64,000 bases of DNA from Longimicrobiales bacterium (GCA_965202805.1 OZ241869.1:1664001-1728000), one strand, 5' to 3'. Numbered from the stretch's first letter, positions 40,646 through 50,991 are shown. Numbers and translations are program-made. The notes: generated from the sequence alone by a model not told the origin.

Positions 40646-42214
40646 ATGCCTCCACCACCGAAATTGGTATCTCTCAACATTTTTGCCATCCGAGACAACA
40701 TCACCGATGTCTTCAAGGATGACTATGACAGCCATCCAATAGTTCTCGACGAAAAACAGATAGGGACACTGTATGTAAGACCGAGCAATCCCGGCCCACC
40801 AGAATGGCTACGAGAGTTCTTCGGACGGACAGTCGATCCTGACTCATTGCCGTTGTTGCTGAACTCGACCAGCGCGGCCGTTCTCATGGTAACCGTCAGC
40901 ACGACGAGGTTCGCCGTCGCATTCGGGCATGGACGATACATGCTGAATCCAACAGCCATCGAACCAAGGTTCGGACTCCGAACTGCTCTAAATGGTGTCG
41001 ATGTCGATCAGGTACGGTCCGTTGACCGCAAGACACTCGACGCGGTATCCATGTACACTCGTGAACAGGCGAGTAGAGAATCCAGTTTCAATACGTTTGA
41101 CATGAACGTGCAGCGGGACCTATTGCGCTCCATCACCGGTAGGATGCTAGACGAGAATCTAGGCCTTACCGTCACGGGCAAGGATGCATTCCTGATCAGG
41201 TCCCGCGTAACGCTTCATACACTACTTTCCAAACTCGAAGAGTGGCACCACCTAAGCCAGGAAGATACATATAGGGAACGTTTCCCTTGGATCAACAACA
41301 TCGCCGAGATATCTGACAAAGCAACAAGAGATCGTTTGGATGATCGGTTAGTCGATATGCTCCACAGAGACGATACCGAGAGGATTTGGCTGGCACCACC
41401 CGAGATCATGTCTTGGGACAACGTGGACGGCTTCAAGTTTCGCACACCTAGAGCTGATGTCGTACCGGAATTGGATCTGCGTTCGTATTTCGAAGACAAG
41501 TATAGACCGCAAACAGAGGTAACGATCACGCAACTAAGGCGCGATAAGGTCTTTACACGGTCGAACAAGGATGATTCGGATGTTGACCGCTGGCGTGTGT
41601 ACCAATGCATTCATGCAGACATTGATGATGGAAGCGACAGATTCGTCCTGGACGAAGGCCAATGGTACCAGATTGATCCCGACTTCGCCGCCGAGTTAGC
41701 TGACTTTCGGGCTAGCTTGCCACGTACCGCGATTAGTCTCCCAGATTATGACGACGATGACGAAGCAGAATACAACGACCGCGCTGCCAAGCACTCGCAA
41801 CTACGGTTGATGGACAAGGACTTGGTGAAGGGTATCGAGGCTGAGGCGCGGAGCAGAATAGAAGTCTGCGACCTGCTTCATACTGAAGGCGCGTTCATCC
41901 ACGTTAAACGCTATAGCGGGTCAAGCACCTTGAGCCACCTGTTCTCTCAAGGTGCCGTGGCAGCAGACAACATGCGATTCAACCCGGACTTCCAAGAGAG
42001 GGTTGCGGGAAAATACCCTAACATAATCCTGTCCAATGGACGATTTGATGCCGATCGGCACGAGATCGCCTATGCGATTATTGCCAAACCAGGCAACGAC
42101 GATGTCCAACTACCGTTCTTCAGTCTCGTCAACCTGAGACTTTTCTCAAACATCATACGACGGACAGGCTACAGCAAGATCACGTTGACGATCATCCCGA
42201 ATCGTCGCGCGTAG
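40646..42214 (+). CDS. TIGR04141/DUF6119-like sporadically distributed protein
   Basis: FGHGR..IEPRFGLRTALN, DLLRSITG, GQWY, EAEYN, IEVCDL..HVKR..STLSHLFSQG, LPFFS; lower GC. Confidence 0.82.
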   Translation: MPPPPKLVSLNIFAIRDNITDVFKDDYDSHPIVLDEKQIGTLYVRPSNPGPPEWLREFFGRTVDPDSLPLLLNSTSAAVLMVTVSTTRFAVAFGHGRYMLNPTAIEPRFGLRTALNGVDVDQVRSVDRKTLDAVSMYTREQASRESSFNTFDMNVQRDLLRSITGRMLDENLGLTVTGKDAFLIRSRVTLHTLLSKLEEWHHLSQEDTYRERFPWINNIAEISDKATRDRLDDRLVDMLHRDDTERIWLAPPEIMSWDNVDGFKFRTPRADVVPELDLRSYFEDKYRPQTEVTITQLRRDKVFTRSNKDDSDVDRWRVYQCIHADIDDGSDRFVLDEGQWYQIDPDFAAELADFRASLPRTAISLPDYDDDDEAEYNDRAAKHSQLRLMDKDLVKGIEAEARSRIEVCDLLHTEGAFIHVKRYSGSSTLSHLFSQGAVAADNMRFNPDFQERVAGKYPNIILSNGRFDADRHEIAYAIIAKPGNDDVQLPFFSLVNLRLFSNIIRRTGYSKITLTIIPNRRA

Positions 42215-42274
42215 CTGCGGACAACCTCCGTCGCATCGTTGCGGCAAGTAGCGCAGGCTAACATGGACCCTGGG

Positions 42275-42804
42275 TGTACGTGTACGGTAACCACCTGACA
42301 CCCGGCGTCACCGAGATCAGGTCCTATGCTGCCTTCTTCACCTCCTTCCCGGTCGATGGTTTGCGGGTGCGGTTTCGGGGGATCTCGGCCTTGGACAACA
42401 CGTAGGGCGTCCGCCCCTCCATGCCGCGGCCTCGATGGGGTCGCCGCAAGCTGTAGGTCTCAAGATACACGTCCAGGTCCTTGCATTTCCTCGACGAGCC
42501 TCCTACTAGGTCCTTCGCCCCTTGATCCGGGAGATGCTCTTCGAGGAGCGTGCGGTGGACGCGCTCGATGAAGCCGTTGGGACTGGGGCCTCCCGATCTT
42601 CGTGGTTCGGTGCTCGATCCCCTCCAGTTGCAGGAAGAACTCGTAGAGATGCTCGTCCGGCCAACCGCAGTACTCGCGCCCGTTGTCGCCCAGGATGGTC
42701 CGAATCTGGAGGTCATGCTCCTCGGTGAGCTTGATCTCGCGCCTGAGGCCGGCCTAGCCACCCTCCCCTTCGAGGGAAATCGGTCAGGTGATTACCGTTC
42801 TACA
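42275..42804 (-). mobile_element. Internally deleted IS481-family element retaining both inverted repeats
   Basis: Ends TGTA..CGGTAACCACCTGAC and GTCAGGTGATTACCG..TACA; frameshifted NGFIERVHRTL..RPHRGRGMEGRTP. Confidence 0.8.
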
Positions 42805-43973
42805 CCAAACGGGTATACTTCATCACCTACTCTGATACATCTCATCGCTACAGGCACCGCGGCCGTGAGATCTTCGCGGTCAGCCCGACTCATATACTTA
42901 GATTCATCATCAGTTACTAGCTTAACTGCAGATGGTTGTTCGTCTCCTTTGCGACGGAATGGAAGGATAATCACGTCGTCCAGCTGGTGATCAACGACAA
43001 TCCACTCCCATATGATGTTGTCAGCTGTCTTTACGTCAACTAGCCCACCAATAAAATCAACTCCACTGATATCCTGCTCGGTCTCGAAGTGTAGGGTTAT
43101 TGCATAATGGTTTACGAATCGTACTGACGCCCAGTATGCAAGTTGATTGAGAGAGAGCGATAGCTTGAGCGGCTCTCGAGTCAGTTCCCGAAAACGATCA
43201 ATCGGTCCTCCAAGTGGAAGGGACACACACTTATCACCCATTATCACTATCCAGAACGGAGGTTTGCGCCGGTGGTTCATAATAATCAGTGGATCAACGG
43301 CGAGGTCCAGGTCCGCAAAGTCCATGCTGCGGCAACCCTTGATGATAACCTTGTCCGGATTCATGATTTGCTTACGCACTGGTCGTAGGGCACCACTCTT
43401 GGCGTACCGATACCCCTCACTACCCAGCAGGGAGAACAGCAACAGGTAGGCTGAACGTAACCAACTTACGGACACCTTGTGTGGATTGGGTTTCCTGATC
43501 CGAAAGCGGATTCCTCTCCTCACGTCCGCATCGGTGACGTTCGTGTCGGGGCCGATTGGGAGACGAGGCAGGCGCATTGTACTACCGCCGGGAAACTCGT
43601 TTATTGACGTTGGCAGTGGTTGTCTTGCAAACTTCGTCGCCGCTGCATCATCCTTTTGACGGATGTATCCAGATCTGATGCCCCATCCGAAGAAATCCAT
43701 CTCCACTTTCGTGCCCCGTCCAGATGCGTGATCATCTCTCGCTTCTTTCTCCATCTTTGCTAGCCTATCAAGGCGACTGCCCTTGTTGTTGCAATTCGCA
43801 CATGTGAGACATACAATCTTCCCACCAAGAGTCTTGGGTGGGGCATGCTCTAACGTCACCTCTTTTCCGGACGCCACTTGCGCTTCTGAAAAGGGAATGA
43901 GGCAAATCGGACACTCGGTGTTGCCCATGTGGAATAGGCTGAGTCTGCGCTCGCGGTCTGTCTTCTTTCCCAT
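42792..43973 (-). CDS. HNH-type nuclease domain protein
   Basis: CPIC..TLEHAPPKTLGG..LTCANCNN; low GC; stop lies inside the IS end. Confidence 0.8.
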   Translation of the reverse strand: MGKKTDRERRLSLFHMGNTECPICLIPFSEAQVASGKEVTLEHAPPKTLGGKIVCLTCANCNNKGSRLDRLAKMEKEARDDHASGRGTKVEMDFFGWGIRSGYIRQKDDAAATKFARQPLPTSINEFPGGSTMRLPRLPIGPDTNVTDADVRRGIRFRIRKPNPHKVSVSWLRSAYLLLFSLLGSEGYRYAKSGALRPVRKQIMNPDKVIIKGCRSMDFADLDLAVDPLIIMNHRRKPPFWIVIMGDKCVSLPLGGPIDRFRELTREPLKLSLSLNQLAYWASVRFVNHYAITLHFETEQDISGVDFIGGLVDVKTADNIIWEWIVVDHQLDDVIILPFRRKGDEQPSAVKLVTDDESKYMSRADREDLTAAVPVAMRCIRVGDEVYPFGVER

Positions 43974-44423
43974 GCGGTGTACCACTCCCTTTTCCTTTGA
44001 GGCGTTTCCAACCCGAACATTACCTGAAAGGGAGCCAGACGGCAACTAGAGCCCGGATTTCTCAAACCAATGAAGTTCCATCGGCTTCCGTAGTATTATA
44101 AGGTGAGGTATGCTAACAACTTAGGCATTCACGTCTCCTCTGGGGTGGTTGGCCGACGGGAATCGAAATTCGGAGGCTGGATCGGTCGCGCCTCGGTCGC
44201 TCTTCGCCCAGTGTGTTCACTAGGTAGTGCCTAGCCTCGAGCGAATCCAACACGCATGTCACGTAGGGCCTTGACCAGGAGAATGGGCGTTACCTGGGAC
44301 TCCGCGCAGGTGAGGTCTTGCAGCAACCCTTGACGGCGGACAATCCCGGCCTGGTCGTCCGATCGGACGTTGCTCGGAAACAGATGAGTATGGAGGTGCC
44401 GCCGGGGCCGGAGCCTGGGCCGG

Positions 44424-44628
44424 GCGGCGTGGGGGGCCTCTGGTCGATGCTCATAGCGCGAGTACATGGGCGTCTACCGCCGGATGAGCGTGAAGCATCC
44501 CCAGCGGTACATCAACGAGTTCACCGCGCGGCACAACATCCGCGAGATGGACACCGCCGATCAGATGGCGCACATCGTGGCGCGGTTGATCGGGAAGCGG
44601 TTGCTCTACCGAGAGCTGGTGGGGTAGA
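44424..44628 (+). pseudogene. IS1595-family transposase C-terminal remnant
   Basis: LWSML../REYMGVYRRMSVKHPQRYINEFTARHNIREMDTADQM..GKRLLYRELV*, frameshifted. Confidence 0.8.
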
Positions 44629-45246
44629 GTACAAAGCGAACCGCCCCCGGGCTGGCATCCCGAAGGCAGCTGCGTAAGAGGCGTGAAGCCATGCAGGAAG
44701 ATACTCTGGAGCGAGAGGCGGCGGAAGTCATGGCGGAGGCGATTACCCAGCCGGTAGGGTTCGCGTTGCCGGGGGGCTGGTGCTTTTCGGCTGATCGTCT
44801 ACGGGCTATTCGTGAAGAATCCATTCTGGGTGACGAGGAAAAGGCTGATCGCCGACATCACAGATGCGGTCGCAGAGCGGCTGAAAACCGTAAGTACGGG
44901 GCACCGATGAAAGTAGGGATGCGGGAACGTTTGCGATGACGCTCGGACTAGGCCGTCCGGTGGGTTGGCCATCCGACCGGATGGCATGGTGGTTCCCCAT
45001 GAGGTACCGCCTGCTCCCGGCAGGATCGCGGTCGATAGTATCCTGAAGAAAGACCCAGCTCGACGAGCACTACCCCCGAGCAGAAGCCATCTCCGAAGGT
45101 GACGCCCGAGCAACTGGCCAAGTCACTCCTGCGGGGCACCCGGCCCTACGAGAAGCCGAAGAAGACCGCGAAGGCCCGGACGCGATGAGCTTCGCACCAA
45201 GGTGGTGCGGGACCGAAGACGGAGATTACCGACACGGCAGAATCCT

Positions 45247-45999
45247 ATGAGCCGTCTCCCCTTGTACACCGAGAGAGCCACTTCCCTCGTTGGACTTGCC
45301 CTTCCGGTCCTGATCATGGCCGCATGCGATGATGAGCTCGTTGGGCCGGGTTGGCGGGACCGGCTCCTCGCAGCATCCGGAGCGCCGCCAAGCCAGGAGG
45401 AGTGGACAGCGATCCGCTCCTACCGGTTCGCGCACGACACGTTGACGATTCGCGTAGGGCAGCGCATTCCCATCGCCCGCCCCTGCGAGCCTAGACCGGG
45501 CCGCACATGCAGCCCCACGCCGTCTGATACTGCTGCAATCGCGACATGGATGAAGCATGTCGCGTTGACGACCTGCGCAAGGAATCCAGCTCCAGAGTGC
45601 AGGACAGATACATAACCCACGTGGGTCTGGCTTGGCGATCCTCCGCCCTGGGTACCGTGGACGGAAGCTGTTGACTCCGGGTTGGTGGCCGTGACGGACC
45701 GTGCGACGTTGGAAAGCCTAGCGGACGTCATTCCGCGCTGCCTGGGAAGTATCGAGTCGGTTCCGTCCGGCGGCGTCAAACTCGGAGTGCAAGGCTGCCT
45801 GCTGCTCATGATCTCGCGAAGCTCGTACGGCGGCGCCGTTGACGAGTCCTGCCTGCCTCCCGACCTGCCCGACTTCGGGTTTTGCAATCCGGGCTATATC
45901 GGCAGGGAACCAAGGTGGGGCTGGTTCGAGTCAACGATGCGGGGCGGGACCGGCAATCCGTTGTTCACAGACACGGTGGCTGTGCGAGTCCTGCCCTAA
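45247..45999 (+). pseudogene. Cys-rich lipoprotein gene interrupted by an in-frame TAA (45613-45615)
   Basis: Lipobox MAAC; the ORFs either side of the stop are in the same frame. Confidence 0.55.
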
Positions 46000-46152
46000 C
46001 GCGCGCCTGTCAACTTTGCGCTATAATCCCCCAACGAAACACCGCGGTTTCCCGCGTCAGTCTACGACTTCGCGGGGGCGATTACACCGTCAGAATCGCT
46101 TGGCCGCCGCCACCATGGACTTGCGGCTATCGCAACGGACGCGTCGAACTCG

Positions 46153-46611
46153 TCACCCCTCCAGAAGAGACCCCGTCTCCTCACCGGAGCGCAACGCGCG
46201 CCCGGCTTTGCGGGCGATCAGCAGGCTGGCCACGCCTCCGCCCGCACCAAGGATTGGCAGAATGCTGAACGGGACAATGGCGGCCCCGTTGGGCCAGTCC
46301 CCCCAACTGCCGCCCACAACGAGTCCTGCCAGCAGGAGGCCGCCCAGCACGCCCACCGAGGCGACCCGTGAGCAGGAAAGCTCGTCCAGCGAGCGGCCAC
46401 GCGCCGCGATCGCCAGAAGGGCCGAGAAGCTCGTACCGATCCCGGCGCCCCAAACGCCACCCGCGATGATCATGAACCCCAGCTCATCCTCGGCGCCGGG
46501 GAAGAACACCGCACTCACCAGGGCAACCAGAGAGAAGAACGCCGCGCCGATGGCGCCGAAGGTCAGCCCCATCCCAAGGACACCACGGACAACCCTCTTC
46601 CAGCGCGACAC
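46153..46611 (-). CDS. Hypothetical four-TM membrane protein
   Basis: AGGAGG RBS, GTG start MSRWKRVVRGVLGMGLTFG. Confidence 0.75.
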   Translation of the reverse strand: MSRWKRVVRGVLGMGLTFGAIGAAFFSLVALVSAVFFPGAEDELGFMIIAGGVWGAGIGTSFSALLAIAARGRSLDELSCSRVASVGVLGGLLLAGLVVGGSWGDWPNGAAIVPFSILPILGAGGGVASLLIARKAGRALRSGEETGSLLEG

Positions 46612-46798
46612 GGCGAGCCTCCTGCCTGTGGTGAATCGATGCCACCCGAGGATATCTGAGGTACGATCATGCGTGCAAACGGTTTCCGTCGCGTCAACCG
46701 TTGTAGAGGCTCCGCGTCTCGCCCTTCTCGCAGGCCGCGTCCCACCATTCCTTGGCGAACGACGCGACGCGCGCGCGGACCAAGACAGGCGCGTCAGC

Positions 46799-47110
46799 CT
46801 ATAAGCGCAACCTCCGGGCCTGCGCCAGCTCGTAGCTCGCCTGCATGCGCATCCAATGATCGGCCGTTCCCCACCCGAGGGCTTCCAGCGCGAGCGCCAT
46901 GTTCGCCGACACACCCGCCTTGCCGTTCAGTAGTCGCGACAAGGTCCCCCGCTCACAGCCGAGGTGCGCCGCCGTCTCGGTGACGTTCCATCCGACCTCG
47001 TCCATGCTTTCACGGATCAGTTCGCCCAGGTGCGGGGGGTTCAGCATCGCGCCCACGCGCTCGTTCCATTGGCCTGCTCGGTCTCCCTTCAACGGATGCG
47101 GCCTCTCCAT
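46799..47110 (-). CDS. higA: Orphan HigA-family antitoxin
   Basis: MLNPPHLGELIR, HTH, VSANMALAL, WMRMQASYEL. Confidence 0.9.
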   Translation of the reverse strand: MERPHPLKGDRAGQWNERVGAMLNPPHLGELIRESMDEVGWNVTETAAHLGCERGTLSRLLNGKAGVSANMALALEALGWGTADHWMRMQASYELAQARRLRL

Positions 47111-47137
47111 AGTATCACTTCACCCCCCGCCATAGTA

Positions 47138-47674
47138 TCACCCCTCGCCCCCGGCCATCAGCCCCCGCAACACCGCATCCAGCGCATCCTCCGCGAGCCG
47201 CTCGAGTTCCTCGGAGCGGCGGTTCTGGACCGGATGGGGCACCCACACGATCTCCGGTTCGAAGCCGAGGGAGGGGATCTGGAAGGAGGCCGCCTCGCGG
47301 AAGGCGGTGGTGGCGATCAGGAGGCCGGGGAGACCGCGATCGTCGAGGGCCTTGATGTCGTGCAGACCGCACGATACGCACGACCCTCAGTCGGCGAGCG
47401 CCTCCACGACCACGTCGGCGCCGGCGGCGATGTCGTCCAGGATCGCGTTCGTGGCGGGCTTGGCGTTGGTCGGCTTCGCGAAGCGAGCGGTGGCAATCCC
47501 CCGGGCGCGGAGCCGTGCCTCGAGGCAGTCGAGGAATTCGTCGGCGCGGGACTTGCCGATGTCGAAGAGCGCCACCGTCCTGCCGTCCAGCGACGCCGGG
47601 GGCCTGCACCGCGGACGCGTTGCGGGCGCGGTCTCGGAGGTGGGGTCGTGCAGGGTGACGGTGGACTCGGTCAT
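47138..47674 (-). CDS. UGSC-family selenoprotein (UGA at 47387-47389 read as Sec)
   Basis: ALAD-U-GSCVSCGLHD; frame stays open after TGA; SECIS-like hairpin follows. Confidence 0.9.
47357..47373 (-). promoter_or_regulatory. Bacterial SECIS-like hairpin
   Basis: TCGTGC-GGTCT-GCACGA about 13 nt 3' of the UGA. Confidence 0.75.
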
Positions 47675-49116
47675 TCGGTGATCTCTCTGGTAACGGGGTG
47701 CGATTCCTCGAACAGCCGCCCTCCCGGCCAGCCCGACAGGATGGCCGAGAACAGCCCGGCGGGACCCCCGGCTCGCAACAGCAGAAGGGCGCCGGGATGG
47801 AACTTCGGGATGCGCTGGCCCGCGCGGGAGGGGGGCATGCCCTCGGCGACGCCGTCGACGCCCGCCGCCACCTTCTCGCCCGGGAGCAGCAGCGCGCCCT
47901 GGAGCGCGCGGGTGATCCGGCTTCGGTCCCATCCCGCCTCGCTGTAGATGGCGTAGTGTTCGGGTGTCAGGACCAGAACGGCGGCGGCCCACTCGCACAG
48001 CTTGGGGTGTCCCACCGCCTGCAGCCCCATGGCCAGGGAGCGGGTGAGTTCGCCTGGCGTGCGCGCCTTCTGGTCGGTCACTCCCTGTATCCCGTCGCCG
48101 GCGAACACCGTCACCGCGCTCCTTCCGGGAGCGATTCCGCGCGAGACGGCCAGCGGTTCCCAGCCCTCGTCGCTCTCATCCTCTGCAAAGCAGAACGTGT
48201 ACTTGCCCGGAGAGCCCAGCGTCGCGCGGTCGATTTCGCCGGGCCGCCCTCCGCCCACATTGCGGACCACGAGGTTCACCGCGCGACCGATGGTCGCGTT
48301 GGCCCGGTTCCCCTGTCCGAGTGCGTTGAGTCCCGAGTTCATGCCGATGCGCTTCGCGATGGGGCCGTTGACGATGATCACCGGGCTCGAGAAGCAGGTG
48401 CTGCAGGTGACGCCGTGCAGGGTGAACCCCGGATCCAGCGCGGCCTCGAGGGCCGTCAGCACGACCGGCATGTATTCGGGGCGGCACCCGGCCATGACCG
48501 CATTGATGGCGACCTTCTCGACCGTGCGGGGCGCCAACTCGGGGGGGATCTCGCCGATGACCTCATGCGGGTCGCGGCGCGTGCCGCCCAGCATGCGCAG
48601 GATGCGCTCGGGCGTCGGCGGGACGACCGGGAGGCCGTCGCTCCAGCCGCGGTCGTAGCACGCCTCGATGGCGTCGGCGCCGGACGCGACCTCGACCGTG
48701 CGGGCGCGGATTCCGGTTTCGCCGAAGCGCACCCGCAGGGCCTCCACGACCCCCGGCTCCACCGAGCGGGAGCCACAGCCGGGCCGCTGGAGCGGCAGTC
48801 CCGTGCCCAGCGTGGGGATGGCCGTGAGCGCACGCCAGTCTTCACGAATCCAGCCGACCGCGCGGCCGGTCTCCGCACCGCCCTCCAATCGGATCAGCGT
48901 CGGTACCGTCTCGACGGCGAGGTGGAAGGAGCGCTCAAGGGCGCGGTCGTCCACGGCGGCGGCGGCGAGCTCGGGGCCCAGGAATCCGCCTGCGTCCTGC
49001 CAGCAGATGGTCAGCGGATGGCCGGCCCGGTGGATCTCGGCGAGGACGGGCACCGCCAGGTGGCAGGTCTCGCACTCGTCCTTCACGACGGCGACGTAGG
49101 TGGCGGACTCGGACAT
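47671..49116 (-). CDS. Thioredoxin-domain protein of the UGSC-associated family
   Basis: KDECETC, VPTL, PGCGS, GWSDGLPVVPPT, AINAVMAGC, GNRANATIGRA. Confidence 0.85.
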   Translation of the reverse strand: MSESATYVAVVKDECETCHLAVPVLAEIHRAGHPLTICWQDAGGFLGPELAAAAVDDRALERSFHLAVETVPTLIRLEGGAETGRAVGWIREDWRALTAIPTLGTGLPLQRPGCGSRSVEPGVVEALRVRFGETGIRARTVEVASGADAIEACYDRGWSDGLPVVPPTPERILRMLGGTRRDPHEVIGEIPPELAPRTVEKVAINAVMAGCRPEYMPVVLTALEAALDPGFTLHGVTCSTCFSSPVIIVNGPIAKRIGMNSGLNALGQGNRANATIGRAVNLVVRNVGGGRPGEIDRATLGSPGKYTFCFAEDESDEGWEPLAVSRGIAPGRSAVTVFAGDGIQGVTDQKARTPGELTRSLAMGLQAVGHPKLCEWAAAVLVLTPEHYAIYSEAGWDRSRITRALQGALLLPGEKVAAGVDGVAEGMPPSRAGQRIPKFHPGALLLLRAGGPAGLFSAILSGWPGGRLFEESHPVTREITE

Positions 49117-49220
49117 GAGGCCGTGAAAATGGGTTGCCGCCGATGGGCTGACAATCGCGACAGGAGTAAAGCGCGCCCCCCGCCGCCCCGCCGTCGGGGG
49201 CCACCACTCTCCGCCAGCCT

Positions 49221-49463
49221 CTAACCCGGCAACCTCAACGACACATGCAGGTGGTCGGCCGTGCCCACATGCCGGAGCGTGTGAAAGCCCATCGCCCGGA
49301 ACGCCAGTTCGGCGGCCAAGTTCCGCCATTCGGGCCGGTTGATGGTGCGAAGATCCAGCGCATGGACGAATCCGTCGTCCTGGCGGAAGTGCAGTGACGA
49401 CTCGTTAGCCGGGAGCCCCGCGCGAGCGTAGAACTCCGGCGTGCGATCGGCATCGGTGATCAC
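49221..49463 (-). pseudogene. Duplicate of the 3' end of the 50257-50991 gene
   Basis: Near-identical to about 50257-50499 (ITDADRTP...HVSLRLPG). Confidence 0.9.
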
Positions 49464-49766
49464 GCATGGACGCCGAGTTCAAGGAAGTCTGTTGCCGTTA
49501 CGATTCTGATGCCACGGAAGGGATCCAGGACGAGAAGGTCGGCATCTCCTGTGATTGTCCAGTCGGCACGACCGCAGACCGCCAGCTCAAGCACCTGGTC
49601 GTCCTTGGGATCGCGACAGGCTCGAATCGACTCGGTGATCTCTACCAGTTGAGCGTCCCGGAGCAGCAGTCCAAGAAACCGTTCTCGCTCACTCGGCTTG
49701 ACCTGTCGATCGAATTTCGGGCGAGATGGCACTGATGATCGCGTTCGTGTCAAAGACGCATCGCAT
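49460..49766 (-). pseudogene. PIN-family toxin with internal deletion/frameshift
   Basis: MRCVFDTNAIISA jumps out of frame to SRPKFD..CRDPKDD..ITGDADLL. Confidence 0.85.
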
Positions 49767-49769
49767 CAC

Positions 49770-49991
49770 CTAGTCTCTCAGGAGATCCTCCAGAATCTCG
49801 GGGGTCAAGCCACGGGCTCGCGCGTTTTGCGTGATCTCCGCCATGACATCGTGGAGGGACTCGTCGGTCCTCGTGACATCACGCAGACGAAGATTGAGGA
49901 GAAGATCTAGCTTGCGACGATCCTGGTCCGACGCGGATCGATAGGCGTCAGCGAGATCCGGATCCACGGCGATCGTGATTGTATCCGTCAC
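49770..49991 (-). CDS. Putative antitoxin
   Basis: 73 aa, GGAGG RBS, ARARGLTPEILEDLL, directly upstream of the PIN pseudogene. Confidence 0.8.
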   Translation of the reverse strand: MTDTITIAVDPDLADAYRSASDQDRRKLDLLLNLRLRDVTRTDESLHDVMAEITQNARARGLTPEILEDLLRD

Positions 49992-50256
49992 TTGAGTCCT
50001 CCCCCCCGAGATGATCTCGTGGTCGGTTGCCTCCGCGAAAACGAGTGAAAATATAGCTTGGGACAGCCCCTTGAAGCGACTCCCGTGGGAGCCCTCCTAC
50101 CTCGTCGCGCCGGGGCGTTTCTCGCTCAATCAGGGTTCCACTTCGCGCGCGGGCGATCCGCCCAGCGTTGGCCGGCCTTCGTACCCCATGATCCGCTCAA
50201 GCAGGCTCTTCATAGTATCATCTCTCGCCATGGCATAGTATCACCTCTGTTGGCTC

Positions 50257-50991
50257 TCAGCCCGGCAACCTCAACGACACATGCAGATGGTCGGCCGTGC
50301 CCACGTGGCGAAGCGTGTGGAAGCCCATCGCCCGGAACGCCAGTTCGGCCGCCAGATTCCGCCATTCGGGCCGGTTGATGGTGCGCAGATCCAGCGCGTG
50401 GACGAATCCGTCGTCCTGGCGGAAGTGCAGTGACGACTCGTTGGCCGGGAGCCCCGCGCGAGCGTAGAACCCGGGCGTGCGGTCGGCATCGGTGATCACG
50501 GCGTCGGCGTCGGCCAGGACGAAGACCGATACGCCCATCCGCAACAGGGGATGAAGGGCCGAGTATTCGGCTCGCACCTCTTCCGACTTCACGTTTCCAC
50601 CCGCGATGACCAGCAGCGAGTAGAGCACGAACGCGGCGGCGCCAAGGGCCGCGACCCGAATCGCGAACTTCCTGAGCCACTTCCCTGCCCCCAGGCGCCG
50701 ACTCGCGGCCCACGCGTAGCACGCCAGGAGCAGCGCGGTGGCGGCGGTCGAGACGGCCAGCGAGGGCCATGCCCCCAAGCCCCATTGCTGGTAGGCGAAG
50801 ACGCCTCCACGGACGAGGAGGATGAACGGCAACACAGCGAGCAGGACAGCCGTCACGCTCCACCGCACCACTCTGCCGAGGAAACGCCGCGGTTTCCTGC
50901 CGTCGGGCCGGTTCGCCTGCCCCGGTCCCATCGGCGCCTCAGGTCCGGTCGGCGTCCCAGGACCTGGATACTCGATTCTCAGCGTACTCAC
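50257..50991 (-). CDS. Hypothetical membrane-anchored protein
   Basis: Three TMs, then SLH..HALDLR..DHLHVSL (His/Asp pattern reminiscent of LAS metallopeptidases). Confidence 0.75.
   Translation of the reverse strand: MSTLRIEYPGPGTPTGPEAPMGPGQANRPDGRKPRRFLGRVVRWSVTAVLLAVLPFILLVRGGVFAYQQWGLGAWPSLAVSTAATALLLACYAWAASRRLGAGKWLRKFAIRVAALGAAAFVLYSLLVIAGGNVKSEEVRAEYSALHPLLRMGVSVFVLADADAVITDADRTPGFYARAGLPANESSLHFRQDDGFVHALDLRTINRPEWRNLAAELAFRAMGFHTLRHVGTADHLHVSLRLPG

Noticed and set aside
45613..45615. Programmed readthrough in the lipoprotein gene
   Set aside because: The stop is TAA, not a Sec/Pyl codon; a nonsense mutation or sequencing error is simpler
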